Part shown: piece by piece, positions 19,297 through 29,163 of the stretch
Position numbering within the stretch: position 1 is the stretch's first letter
Layout: each line of letters begins with the position of its first letter
IMG/VR virus record: IMGVR_UViG_3300029286_000011
Reading direction: 5' to 3' (one strand)
Origin: a virus
Taxonomy: Duplodnaviria; Caudoviricetes
Length of the DNA stretch: 64,000 nt
Notes under the pieces: generated by a model
The model's input: the letters and a program-made list of their open reading frames with translations, nothing else
What the model was told of the DNA's origin: nothing
The model's database searches: none
Position numbers and translations under genes: made by a program

Positions 19297-20337
19297 CTAG
19301 TCGACTCCGTCGACGCTTACACTTCGAAGGGCCAGATTCTCATGAACAGAGTACCAGCCCTTAATGTTCAGCGGGGCGTGCTGTATATGATGCACGGACG
19401 GGTTCAGCACAAATAGGCCGTTATCGCACAAAGCGATTTCGCTAGCCTCTAGGTTGTGTGCATTGCCGATCAGATTCTTTCTGGGCAAAATAGCTGCGTA
19501 AACCTTTAGAGTAATCTCAGGCGCAGCCTCAAACTCTATGAGGCGTCGCGTGAGGTCCGGCTTTTTGCACGGCACAAAGAACCACTCGCCCTGCCGTACC
19601 ACGCCGGCCTTGCCAATAGCCTGTGCCGGCATCAGCACCTTGTAAGCCTCGGCAATGGACGCTGCCGGTGCCGGAAGCTCACAGCCAAAGTACGTATCCT
19701 CGTCACGACCGAACAGGAAATGGGCTCCCTTGCTGTCGCGTACCAGCACACTGCCAGCTCTGTGCCATCTCGGTGTACTGCGTGAGCTAGAGCGAACAAT
19801 CGTGAAACCGGCCGCTGGAGGCTTCGGTATCTTGGCATCTGTGCATGCTTTGAATTCATCGTTTGTGAAATCAACGACGCGCAGCTTACCGCTGACGAGT
19901 GCATCATCAGCTTTGTACTTGAAGAATTGCTGCAGACAGTTCAACGACAGTGATGTTGCAGCTACACCGTCGATCGTAGTAAGGCCTACAGTGTCCGCAT
20001 TGTGCAAAAGCATACGACGATGGCCACAAGACTTGGGTGCCTTTACGACCACAAAGTCGGCACCCCAGCGTGGAAGACGATGCTCGACATCAAGCGCAGT
20101 AGCCCAGGGACGGTACATCATCCAACCACGACCGTTGTGAATAACAACACCCAGGCCGTTGTCAGAATAGACACCGACGTTACGACCAGCCGCCACAGGG
20201 CTTGTCATCGTGCCGTCAAGGCACTTTGCCAGTGTCATCCGCTGTGTGTACTTCTTGTGTAACGCAGCCGACAGCTTGTCGGCCTGAGCACGGCCGCGAA
20301 AAGTGCACAAATCAATCTTTGGTAATGCTCTTGGCAT
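19297..20337 (-). CDS. Conserved phage protein, RQGEW family, paralogue A
   Basis: WHRAGS..YFGCELP..RQGEWFFVP..H..H..H, ending LRSVSVDGVD. Confidence 0.75.
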   Translation of the reverse strand: MPRALPKIDLCTFRGRAQADKLSAALHKKYTQRMTLAKCLDGTMTSPVAAGRNVGVYSDNGLGVVIHNGRGWMMYRPWATALDVEHRLPRWGADFVVVKAPKSCGHRRMLLHNADTVGLTTIDGVAATSLSLNCLQQFFKYKADDALVSGKLRVVDFTNDEFKACTDAKIPKPPAAGFTIVRSSSRSTPRWHRAGSVLVRDSKGAHFLFGRDEDTYFGCELPAPAASIAEAYKVLMPAQAIGKAGVVRQGEWFFVPCKKPDLTRRLIEFEAAPEITLKVYAAILPRKNLIGNAHNLEASEIALCDNGLFVLNPSVHHIQHAPLNIKGWYSVHENLALRSVSVDGVD

Positions 20338-20367
20338 TTATATACCTGTTGGAGATGAGGTGATGGA

Positions 20368-21549
20368 CTAGTCAACGCCTTCGACACTGACGCTACGAAC
20401 AGCGGTATTCTTGTGGAACGACACCCAGCCGTTCTGCACATTAACAGTGCTATGATCCATGTGCCTTAGCATTGGATTGTACGCGTACACAACACCGTCA
20501 CGGCCAACCAACACGTTCCTTGACAAGATGCTGTGTACGTTGCCGCCAATGTCATCTCTTGGTAGTGACAAGAAAGCAGCTTCGGCGTTGTCTGGCGTAT
20601 GATAGCAGAGGGCGCACTCCGATTCCTCTGGCGGACGATCAACCGGCAGCATGAACCATTCGCCCTGACGAAGCACGCCTGACCGGTCTTGTACTGCCTC
20701 AGGCATCAGAACACTGAAAGCCTCGGATATGGTAGTAGCAGCTTCCGGCAACTCACAGCCAAAGTACTGCCCCTCATCCTGTCCGATCAAATAGTACTTG
20801 TCCTTCTTCTTGTGATGAAGAACAATGGAGCCAGACCTGTGCCAGAAGGGTGTATTGGCGTCGATCAATGTGAAGCCGGCATACGGCGGCTTGGGTTGTT
20901 CGGAGGCAGGTATTGGAGCCTTTTTGTACTTTTTCAATGTGGCCAAGGCCGATGCGGTCAAGTTGATGCGCTCATCGCTCGTGTAATCACGAATGATGAG
21001 TTCACCGTTGTACAGCAGTTTGTCGACTTTCTCAGATTCGATCTTCAACAGCTCGGCTACACACTGGAAAGACAGATAGACGTACGGCGTCGTATCCGAT
21101 AGCCAGCTGCCGAAATCGGCGTTATCGGAATCATCAGCGTCAAACACGCAGATGTACTTCCACGACTTGTGTCGTGCCGGCGCTAGAGCCACAACCCCGC
21201 AGGCGTTCATCCTGCCTTCTTTACTGATGTCACGAGCAAACTCGACGTCCAACCAGTGCGAATCGCCGAAGTGCAACGCTCCATCCGTATCGACATGAAA
21301 TGTCATAGCGTGCACAGTTTGCGAACTGGCAAACAAAGAATGTCGACCGGACTTGAGGGGGCCGCGTTTTCCCGTGCGTAGGAACTTGTAAAAGTCACAT
21401 GCCTCCTGGTAGTTGACTCGCTCACGTGCCGTCAGGTTGTCAAAGACCTTACAGGTTGAAAAGAGCCTGAGATCCATGTCGGCCAGCTTTGCTTTACTCA
21501 TCAAACATTCTCCCGTATAAACCCTTGTAGAACGACACCACATAATCAA
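20368..21549 (-). CDS. Conserved phage protein, RQGEW family, paralogue B
   Basis: WHRSGS..YFGCELP..RQGEWFMLP, ending VRSVSVEGVD. The likely start is the ATG at 21501. Confidence 0.75.
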   Translation of the reverse strand: MIMWCRSTRVYTGECLMSKAKLADMDLRLFSTCKVFDNLTARERVNYQEACDFYKFLRTGKRGPLKSGRHSLFASSQTVHAMTFHVDTDGALHFGDSHWLDVEFARDISKEGRMNACGVVALAPARHKSWKYICVFDADDSDNADFGSWLSDTTPYVYLSFQCVAELLKIESEKVDKLLYNGELIIRDYTSDERINLTASALATLKKYKKAPIPASEQPKPPYAGFTLIDANTPFWHRSGSIVLHHKKKDKYYLIGQDEGQYFGCELPEAATTISEAFSVLMPEAVQDRSGVLRQGEWFMLPVDRPPEESECALCYHTPDNAEAAFLSLPRDDIGGNVHSILSRNVLVGRDGVVYAYNPMLRHMDHSTVNVQNGWVSFHKNTAVRSVSVEGVD

Positions 21550-22262
21550 TGACTACAGATTTGTGCTGCCTGTGGCGTACTGAACAAATCCATATAGTCA
21601 CATTCGTAAATGTCATTGCCGGCCTTCACCCAGCAAATGTCCAACATAAGTGCGTGTATCCGCCAAGGGCCGTACACATTACCTTTGCTTAGGAACCACA
21701 CCGATCGATCCGGATAGGCTAGCTCGCCGTCGCCAAGCAACTTGTAGTACAGCTCGGACTTCTCGGTTATGTCCTTTATGGCGTCTACGTCGCTCAGATC
21801 GAGCGCTATGTCTTCCGGATAGTTGCCAAGCTGATTGTCATACATCAGCGTTTTCAGCTGTTCGATGTTGTCTGAAAAGCTGCGTAGACTACTCATTGAG
21901 GTCCAATCTATTTATGATGGTCAGCTTCATAACACCACCAGTCACTTTGACAGTGGCGTGACCCTCATGATCGTGTGGACAGCATTTACCAAGCTCGTAC
22001 TTGACTATCAACGTTGAATGGTGCTGTGGAATAACAGCACATGTGACGTAACGTCGACCACACTGCTTGCAGAATCCAGGCAACCGTGCCAGCCATCTAC
22101 GCCACAGAGACAGCGGCGCCTCTACGGGTACGAACTTCACGGGCTCAATAAGCCAGTTCATTGCATTGGCCGTGAAAAACACGAACACAGGTATCTCAGG
22201 ATCACGCAATCGCTGATTAACCTCGTACTGCTCTCTGCTCATGACGTACTCCTTGTTGTCAA

Positions 22263-22336
22263 TCGGACCGGGGGGACTCGAACCCACGACCAAGAAATTA
22301 TGAGTTTCCTGCTCTAACCAACTGAGCTACGGTCCG
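22263..22336 (-). tRNA. tRNA with CAT anticodon, most likely tRNA-Ile2 (Met not excluded); CCA not encoded
   Basis: CGGACCG TA GCTC AGTTGGTTA GAGC A GGAAA CTCATAA TTTCT TGGTC GTGGG TTCGAGT CCCCC CGGTCCG A folds as a cloverleaf with a 7-bp acceptor stem and TTCGA T-loop. The C1-G72 pair argues against fMet. Confidence 0.92.
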
Positions 22337-22341
22337 TGCTG

Positions 22342-22689
22342 CTAGCTAGTGTATGTGCCATCAGGCGATATGTGCGCATACATAGAGTGAACAGCCATGA
22401 ACTCGATATCGAAGCTTTCGTACACGTGTCCACGCAGTTCAGGGCCCATAGGCCCTGCAAACTCTGTCCGTATGCGTACGCATGTCAGACATGTGCGATA
22501 AGAATGGAAGTAGCCATCGAACTTACCTGCCGACCGTTCGTAGGTTTCTCCCGGCGCAATCATATTACGGCAGGCGCAGCATGTGTGAGGCTTACGGGCC
22601 TTAACAAGATCTGCATTGAAGAACTGCCACGATCCGTCATAATCCATCTGCATGCCGCTAACCAGCGTCTTCATACGACAGACTCGCAA
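22342..22689 (-). CDS. Small zinc-binding phage protein
   Basis: KARKPHTCCACRNMIAPGETY..YRTCLTC. The likely start is the ATG at 22674. Confidence 0.65.
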   Translation of the reverse strand: MRVCRMKTLVSGMQMDYDGSWQFFNADLVKARKPHTCCACRNMIAPGETYERSAGKFDGYFHSYRTCLTCVRIRTEFAGPMGPELRGHVYESFDIEFMAVHSMYAHISPDGTYTS

Positions 22690-23243
22690 TTAGCGCTAAT
22701 TAAATTGGCCACGGGTTCCACCTCGTGCAGTTCGCGGCCATTGTCGTCCCTGGCGGACAATATCGGCGCAGTGGTCATGGGCCACGAAATGTTCAGCAGC
22801 TTGTCATTCCAGGCAAGCACGCGTTCGAACTCGGCAAACTGGAAGTCCGTTGACTTGTAGTGCACGATTGACGGACAAATAGCGCAGAAGCCGTGTGCAA
22901 AGCCGGGCGGTACATATAGCTGATGTCTGTTTTCGCTGCTGAGTGTATAACCGACCCAGCAGCCAAACGACGGGCTGTTCTCACGCAGATCCACCACTAC
23001 GTCAAAGATGTGGCCCTGCAGCACTTGTACGAGCTTGCCTTGTGGTCGCTGTGTCTGATAGTGCAATCCGCGAATCACGTTGGCCTTGGACACGCTGATG
23101 CTGTCCTGTACGAAATGGACATTGAGACCCATGTCGCTATAGCGCTTCTCGTTATAGGTCTCAACAAACGATCCACGATTGTCCGGATATACATCCGGCT
23201 TGATAAGCAAGACGCCATCAAATTCCTTTTGCTGTACGATCAC
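22671..23243 (-). CDS. rmlC: dTDP-4-dehydrorhamnose 3,5-epimerase
   Basis: DNRGSFVETY, FVQDSISVS..VIRGLHYQ..QGKLVQV..G.IFDVVVDLR.SPSFG.W, QLYVPPGFAHGF. Confidence 0.96.
   Translation of the reverse strand: MIVQQKEFDGVLLIKPDVYPDNRGSFVETYNEKRYSDMGLNVHFVQDSISVSKANVIRGLHYQTQRPQGKLVQVLQGHIFDVVVDLRENSPSFGCWVGYTLSSENRHQLYVPPGFAHGFCAICPSIVHYKSTDFQFAEFERVLAWNDKLLNISWPMTTAPILSARDDNGRELHEVEPVANLISANCESVV
22688..22701. promoter_or_regulatory. Palindrome AATTAGCGCTAATT (copy 2)
   Basis: Within the rmlC 3' end, about 14 nt upstream of the next likely ATG. Confidence 0.5.
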
Positions 23244-23557
23244 TATTACTTACTCCTGCTGCAGACAATGCAGTCGTTAAGAACATGCGGAATGGGTCTG
23301 GCTGCGGATCTAACGGCTTACCGTCGTCTTCTATTAGGAAAGACGCAGGTATCAGTGCATCAGGGCAATGCCAGATATAACAGCGACCATTTTTATCCAC
23401 CGCCTTGCGCGGAGCTATCATCTCAAGCTGCTGTAGTCGCCGAGCTAGTTCATCAACAAGCGTCGATAATCCAACGACACAGTCCACAGTTGTGCCGCCT
23501 GCCGCAAGCAGCTGTCCGACGACGTTGTTGTGTTTTGCCACAGCCAGTAGCCTAGGG

Positions 23558-23941
23558 TCAGTCGCCATGCGGCTCTCCTTGTACAGCGTGATGCTCATCG
23601 TCCTGAGCTCTGAAGTGCCAGTTTGGATGTCTACGCTGCATCCAAGCAATCATGGCGTAGTTGGCAATATTGAGCAGATGCTCTGCATTGCCTGTTGTCT
23701 GGAATAGATTAGCCTCGTTGATGAGCGAAGCTATATTGTCGTTCCGTGACTCGGCCACGTAGCCGTAGCGCAAGAAGCCAAGTATCATACGCCGTAGTCG
23801 ATGTTCTTCGAACTCCAGCGACCACTCTGTTTTCTTTAGCTCGTCTATGTCCGACGACAACGGTGTGTACGGATAAGCGCATAAAGCGTTAACTGCGTGT
23901 TGTCGTAAGGCTTCTGTGACAGTTAGCGATGGTCTGGCCAT
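23558..23941 (-). CDS. Phage protein, possibly all-helical dNTP pyrophosphohydrolase-like
   Basis: RMILGFLRYG..TGNAEHLLNIANYAMIAW pattern seen in phage proteins; the function is a guess. Confidence 0.4.
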   Translation of the reverse strand: MARPSLTVTEALRQHAVNALCAYPYTPLSSDIDELKKTEWSLEFEEHRLRRMILGFLRYGYVAESRNDNIASLINEANLFQTTGNAEHLLNIANYAMIAWMQRRHPNWHFRAQDDEHHAVQGEPHGD

Positions 23942-25117
23942 TGATTGCCTCTGCTAGCTTGCTCGTAATCGTCGCACGGTTCGCCTGGAAACATACAAAA
24001 GCAATCTACAGCACCGAGCCTGACCATGTCAGCCAGGGCGTTAGGATGTGTGCAGCGCACAATAGGCAGCAGATCTGGACCCACATCGAGCTCAGACCAT
24101 CTACACGAACAGGCACCGTCAAGCATTGATGGCATTGTGTTGACCTAGAAAGCTGCATAAGCTGCCGAAAAGTCGCGCGTCAAAATGGCCTGCAGCGCCT
24201 CAGGTACGGTAAGGAAGAACATATATCGTTCGTCCCACACGTAGGCCTTTATAATGCCTTCAGCCGTACGATCCAAAGTATGATCAGCCACATGACGCAG
24301 CATACGATAGCCTTCCTTGCCGTGCCGTGTGTCACGGGTAAGCATGAAAGTCTCGTCATTGTTGTGGTCAACGACGTCCATATCTATATTCGGCACTGAC
24401 CCTATCACCGTCGGAATCGATTGCATATTGCGCCCTTGATGTTGAGTTGTCTTACAGCAGTAAGAGTGCCAACCACCACAACCAGGTCATATCGTCATCA
24501 GCGTCCCTTGATGATGCTGACGGTGTATCGTTGGCCTCCGGATAAAAGCACGACGGCGGAAGCGGCGGCGGTTTAGGTTTGACGAGGTTTTCTGGTGGAG
24601 GGCCGTTGATCATTTCTTGTACCTGTCGAACTGCTCGATAAGGTCGTCGTGTAGCTGTGCAGGGGAATCAGACCAGAAGGACTGAGGTTCTCCGGGTCTA
24701 GGAAATCTTCGTAGCCACAGGCATTCACGGCGACCGCAAATACTACACGCACGAATGCCAGTATCAGTCGAGAACCACCGGTGGACATGACGTATTCGCT
24801 TTACAGGCTCGACCATCAGGTACACGATAGTCACAACGGTAATGAAACCGAGCAGGACAAGACAGACAGCCACAAATGTGCTCATAGACGTTTCCTGTTA
24901 TTCTTCTGCTGCAGAATCTCAATGAGACGCTGCTTTTCTAACTCTGGATCAGGCACTAGCTTGCCGTCCTTGATCACATGTCCGCAACGACGAAGCTCAT
25001 CCAGTCGTTTCTTGGCCTGATCTGCCAGTCGTCGCTTTAAGACAGCCACAGAGACACCAGCCGCACGGGCCTGTTCAGCTATCGTAGTTTTGTAAGGCGG
25101 CGTATGCCATTTTGCCA

Positions 25118-25705
25118 TCATCGATCGTCATTCCTGAATCGGCAGTCGGCCTCCCACAACTGTAACAACAGTTCGTCTTTCTGCGCCTGATTCAACTTAT
25201 CGTCTGCCATTATCGACCGCTCATCAAGCTGCAATGCAAGGTGATCGCGAAACTGATAGCGCACAAAAGGCGCCACAACATAGCGACGCCACAATGACGC
25301 CCAGGCAGCCGCGTCATCAACGGCGCAGTCAACTTGCGGACGATACTTACGACGTACACGGGCCATTGCGCTATGCCAGTTATACGGCGTATTGCCTACG
25401 CAGTGCGCGTCACGGTCATCAAAGTAGACCTCGGCAATAGGCTTATGCGAACTATCGGCAGGATTGTGCGATGTAGAGTTGACCTGCAATTCCGGGAAGT
25501 TGTTATCTCTTAGCCATTGCTCGATAGCACTCTTGTTGCCGCGCGTTGTAAATATTACAACCTGCCAACCCCATTCGATCAATTCTAAGATTGCATCCAG
25601 AGCATACGGGACAGGTGGGCCGAGCACCTTGGGTCCGCGCCACTTGTCATAACCTGCGATTGTATTGTCAAAGTCCACGACTGCAGTTCTTTGATATGCC
25701 GTGAT
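25118..25705 (-). CDS. HAD-superfamily phosphatase
   Basis: DFDNTIA (motif I), IFTTR (motif II) and KPIAEVYFDDR (motifs III/IV). The frame extends upstream of the track's GTG to an ATC at 25705 preceded by GGAG. Confidence 0.8.
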   Translation of the reverse strand: MTAYQRTAVVDFDNTIAGYDKWRGPKVLGPPVPYALDAILELIEWGWQVVIFTTRGNKSAIEQWLRDNNFPELQVNSTSHNPADSSHKPIAEVYFDDRDAHCVGNTPYNWHSAMARVRRKYRPQVDCAVDDAAAWASLWRRYVVAPFVRYQFRDHLALQLDERSIMADDKLNQAQKDELLLQLWEADCRFRNDDR

Positions 25706-25934
25706 TAGTACTCCATGAGATTAGAAATGTCAAATACGGTCGGTAGCGACATCAGGTTGACTCTTTGCACGAAAACATGTCGGTTTGTCGAAGAACACAG
25801 CCACGGGCAGGTTCTCTTGTTCGGACGCAGCCTTTACTTCTGGTGTCAGCGCAGATTCACATTTCACACCGTCTATACACCGACTGTAGTGAGCGCAAAA
25901 GGTCCGATCACGATAACATAGCATCATTTACCCC

Positions 25935-26714
25935 TTACTCGCCGGAAAGATCATAACGAAGCTGGGTCTCTGTTATGGGTATAGCTGCTGTCCCTTTCAA
26001 TGCCGCTTCCGCCACCTCTCGGGAACTATAGCTATCGGCAAAAGCACAGCCCACGCCAGCTATATTGGTTGCGCCGAGTCCATTCTCCCAGATCGTTTCT
26101 CGGTTTACGCCAATAGAGTACAAAGGGAACTGGCCAGGGACGATCGCCCATACACGTAACACCGGACCACCGATAAACACCGGTGCCCCGTCTCTGGTAC
26201 GAGGCACAGCCTCAAGTCGCTCGACCTCGGCCCGCGCAGCCAACAACTCTCCCCAGTGCTCGCGATACACATCACGAGCCACCGTTATCCGCTCGATCTC
26301 GGCCTTGAGCTTGCATGGACAACCGGCCTCTACGCCAGTTGCAAGGTAATCGGCCCCGCAGTGCTCACAGTGGACTCGTGCTTTGTTCAATCGAGCATTA
26401 TCAGCCCTCAATCGACGTATCTCAGCAATCGCCTGCTGTAGCGCACAGTCGTTGTACACGTTCAGAATCGTGAACAATTGGAGGTCGCCCTCTGACCAGT
26501 AGGCATACGGCGTCTGCTCAAGTTTCTGCAGCCGACGATGCCTATCTTCGGCCTCTAGTTCCTTGGCCTTGTCCCAATCGCTCGTCGCTTTCATCGTCCG
26601 GTGCTGCGACTCGTCGCCACTCCAACACGGGAAGCCTGTCGGCCCTCCGCCACGCACCCTCTCGCAGCCAAGTAGACTGCGACATGTCGAACACTCTCGG
26701 ACGGTCCACCCCAT
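25935..26714 (-). CDS. Hypothetical mosaic phage protein
   Basis: 259 aa ORF with coiled-coil segments (AEIRRLRADNARL, AEVERLEA). Confidence 0.55.
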   Translation of the reverse strand: MGWTVRECSTCRSLLGCERVRGGGPTGFPCWSGDESQHRTMKATSDWDKAKELEAEDRHRRLQKLEQTPYAYWSEGDLQLFTILNVYNDCALQQAIAEIRRLRADNARLNKARVHCEHCGADYLATGVEAGCPCKLKAEIERITVARDVYREHWGELLAARAEVERLEAVPRTRDGAPVFIGGPVLRVWAIVPGQFPLYSIGVNRETIWENGLGATNIAGVGCAFADSYSSREVAEAALKGTAAIPITETQLRYDLSGE

Positions 26715-27096
26715 CGCTAACCACCTTTCTTTTCAAACGCCTTAATCAGGCATATGGCGATCACAAAGCCTAGAACGAGCCACTCCCACGTAGCACTATC
26801 CATCACTCACCGCCTTCCTTGCCCGCCCAATAACTACATCAGTCTTAGCAATCGCTTGTAGGGCTGCCGCCTGAATTGCTGCCGCTTCCCTTTTGGGTGA
26901 AACAAGCGAGGCCCAGTACACATCATTCTGTGTTCCCCGCACCTGTTCCGCGAACCGCAGCAGCTCGCGGATGATCGCGTTGCGGTCGGCCAGGGTGGCG
27001 AGCACGGCGCGGATGTCTTCCGTCGTCTCCCGGTCATGCAACCGGCCTACTCCGCACACGTCCATTTTCAGCCGCTCCACGGCGGCGGTCAGGTCG

Positions 27097-27630
27097 TCAG
27101 TCGGCATCGTCTTGCTCCTCCGCAACTACGACGTTGGCCCTGAGTAGATCAACCGTGTTAGCGAACGCCTTCCGCAACACTTCGTCTGGCAACTTCAACT
27201 CGTACACGTTCCCGCTGCGCGCCATGCCGGCCATCACGCAATCAACGATGTGCTCGATCACGTCGATCAGGTTCACGTCATAAGGCACACCATCTTCCAC
27301 GTTTAGATGGTGTCGGTTGATCTTGCGATGGCGTTCCCACCACACCGTTTCCTTGAATCCGGTCTGGAAGTCGCGGTGGAATCCATCGATGTCGCTGAGC
27401 TTGTCAGCGTCATGAATCAGTGCCGCACCTTGAAGCTGTCCACCGAAGAATAGTAAACCTTTATGCACGTCGTCGATGTGCATCTCGCTCGCACCTAGAA
27501 GTTGTTCCTTCGTGACCTTGCTCCAATCGCAGGTGCGCGTATCGGCTGTCGGACTCTTCTTAATTGTTATCATTGTCTTGCTCCTCGTCCTCGGGTTCAT
27601 AATCATCATCATCGGTACACTGACTGTCAT
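27097..27630 (-). CDS. HD-like phosphohydrolase (DUF5662-like)
   Basis: HIDDV..HDADKL..HRKINRHH..IDVIEHIVDCVMAG..RSG motif order. Confidence 0.5.
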   Translation of the reverse strand: MTVSVPMMMIMNPRTRSKTMITIKKSPTADTRTCDWSKVTKEQLLGASEMHIDDVHKGLLFFGGQLQGAALIHDADKLSDIDGFHRDFQTGFKETVWWERHRKINRHHLNVEDGVPYDVNLIDVIEHIVDCVMAGMARSGNVYELKLPDEVLRKAFANTVDLLRANVVVAEEQDDAD

Positions 27631-27926
27631 ACAACGCCTGCGCCGCTCGCACTCGTTGCGACTCCAGGCGGGTCCAGTTGGGTCGGCAGGTCATCGAGTA
27701 ACCTCGCAATTCGCTGGGTTGAATGGCTTGCCATCGAGGACCGCGCGCCAGTGCCGCATTTTCGTCTGCATGGTCAGGTTATCGCAGTCGATGTAGCGAA
27801 TGGCATCATGCAATGCGGCGTGTAGTTGGTCGATGTGCAACGTCAGAATGTCTACGTCGCGAGCATCACCTCTGGACAGGTCTTCGCTGCGCACCAACCG
27901 TCGCATCGCTGATGCGTGGTTCTTGT

Positions 27927-28916
27927 TCACGGCTTGGCCTCCTGCGGGTACTCGTTCGGCAGCGAGTCCACTAGCTTGCAAATTCGCTCCATTGCCTCTG
28001 CACTTCTGTCGTCTGGCTTCCATCCCGCGTAGATCGCCGCATCGCGTGCATCGCCCAGAATCTCCAAATCCTCCTGCGGCGTCGGCCTCCGATTCTGTAA
28101 CTCAGCCCATGCACGGGCTGCGGCGACTGCTGCGGCGAGGGTTGGCTCACTTGTGGTGAACAACTCATTGCATGTCCCGGCCTCATACAGAGTCACGATT
28201 TTGTCACCATCGATACAGGCCACGATGCTAGGCCCCCACTTCGACTGCACCTCGTCGCTCCCCAGCCAATCCCAGTCGCTGAGTCGCGGGGTGCCGGTGA
28301 GCGGTGGCTGTCTGTTGTTCAGCGCCTCAACGATTTCACGAGCGATTGGAGGGCCAGACTTCTCATGCGAGGCGTTGTTCTCGTCATAGCCGCACCACGC
28401 GATCCGGCAACCGCAACTGTCTAACACGTTCCACTCAGCGCCGGACATCGTTGAGACTGGCAGGCTAATAGCTCTTGTCGCTTCTGGCTGCACCGGCACC
28501 TCCTGCCGCGTCTCGGTGGCTGACGACTCGCGTTTGTGAAACCAACCTTTCTCGTCCACTTCATATGGTGTCGCGATGTTCTTCGTATCCGCAGCCTTCA
28601 CCCCGCACTGCCGCAGCAACTCGCGGATCGTGTCGCAGGCATTGCGGCCAGCCTCTGACGCCCAACTGGCAATAATACGTTCCTCGTCGTCCTGAATATA
28701 TCCAGCCCCGTCCCTGCACAGCACGACAGTCGGGAACGATCCATCGCAATCATGGAGTGCCTGCAACTGCTCGCACAGGTCATCCACCGTGGGCGACCGC
28801 AGGGCGGCGGCGATGGCCTCTAGTTTCTTTGCCAACGCATCCTTATACGCTGCCCACATACCTTTGGCTTCCATCTCGCACCACTCGGCCAGTTTCAGCC
28901 TATCTGCTTTCGTCAC
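27927..28916 (-). CDS. Mosaic hypothetical protein with shared modules
   Basis: Contains SPTVDDLC..L and TLAAAVAAARAW..RPTPQEDLE modules also found in neighbouring ORFs. Confidence 0.6.
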   Translation of the reverse strand: MTKADRLKLAEWCEMEAKGMWAAYKDALAKKLEAIAAALRSPTVDDLCEQLQALHDCDGSFPTVVLCRDGAGYIQDDEERIIASWASEAGRNACDTIRELLRQCGVKAADTKNIATPYEVDEKGWFHKRESSATETRQEVPVQPEATRAISLPVSTMSGAEWNVLDSCGCRIAWCGYDENNASHEKSGPPIAREIVEALNNRQPPLTGTPRLSDWDWLGSDEVQSKWGPSIVACIDGDKIVTLYEAGTCNELFTTSEPTLAAAVAAARAWAELQNRRPTPQEDLEILGDARDAAIYAGWKPDDRSAEAMERICKLVDSLPNEYPQEAKP

Positions 28917-29163
28917 GTTACTATCCTTTCAATCCAAGTAAGACTTAGCATCACGTGCATCCTTTGCCTTATCCGCGCGCTTCAACGAACGACGTGTAGC
29001 TTTCTTCGACGCCGAATTACGCGCATGCGACCGACACTCACCGTTCTTGCCTGGTAGATGGCTACAACAACTCTTACGACCCTCGGCCCGAATATCCCCC
29101 ATGTCTGGCCATTCTTCCAGTCGAATGTGCTTGTACGGTCGCATGCGCGTTCTCCTTGTCCAA

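Noticed and set aside
6691-21872. Near-copies of the array repeat at 6691 (AGATGTTGTC) and 21863 (CGATGTTGTC)
   Set aside because: Both are inside ORFs, encode Asp-Asn-Ile, and have no partner repeat 8 nt away.
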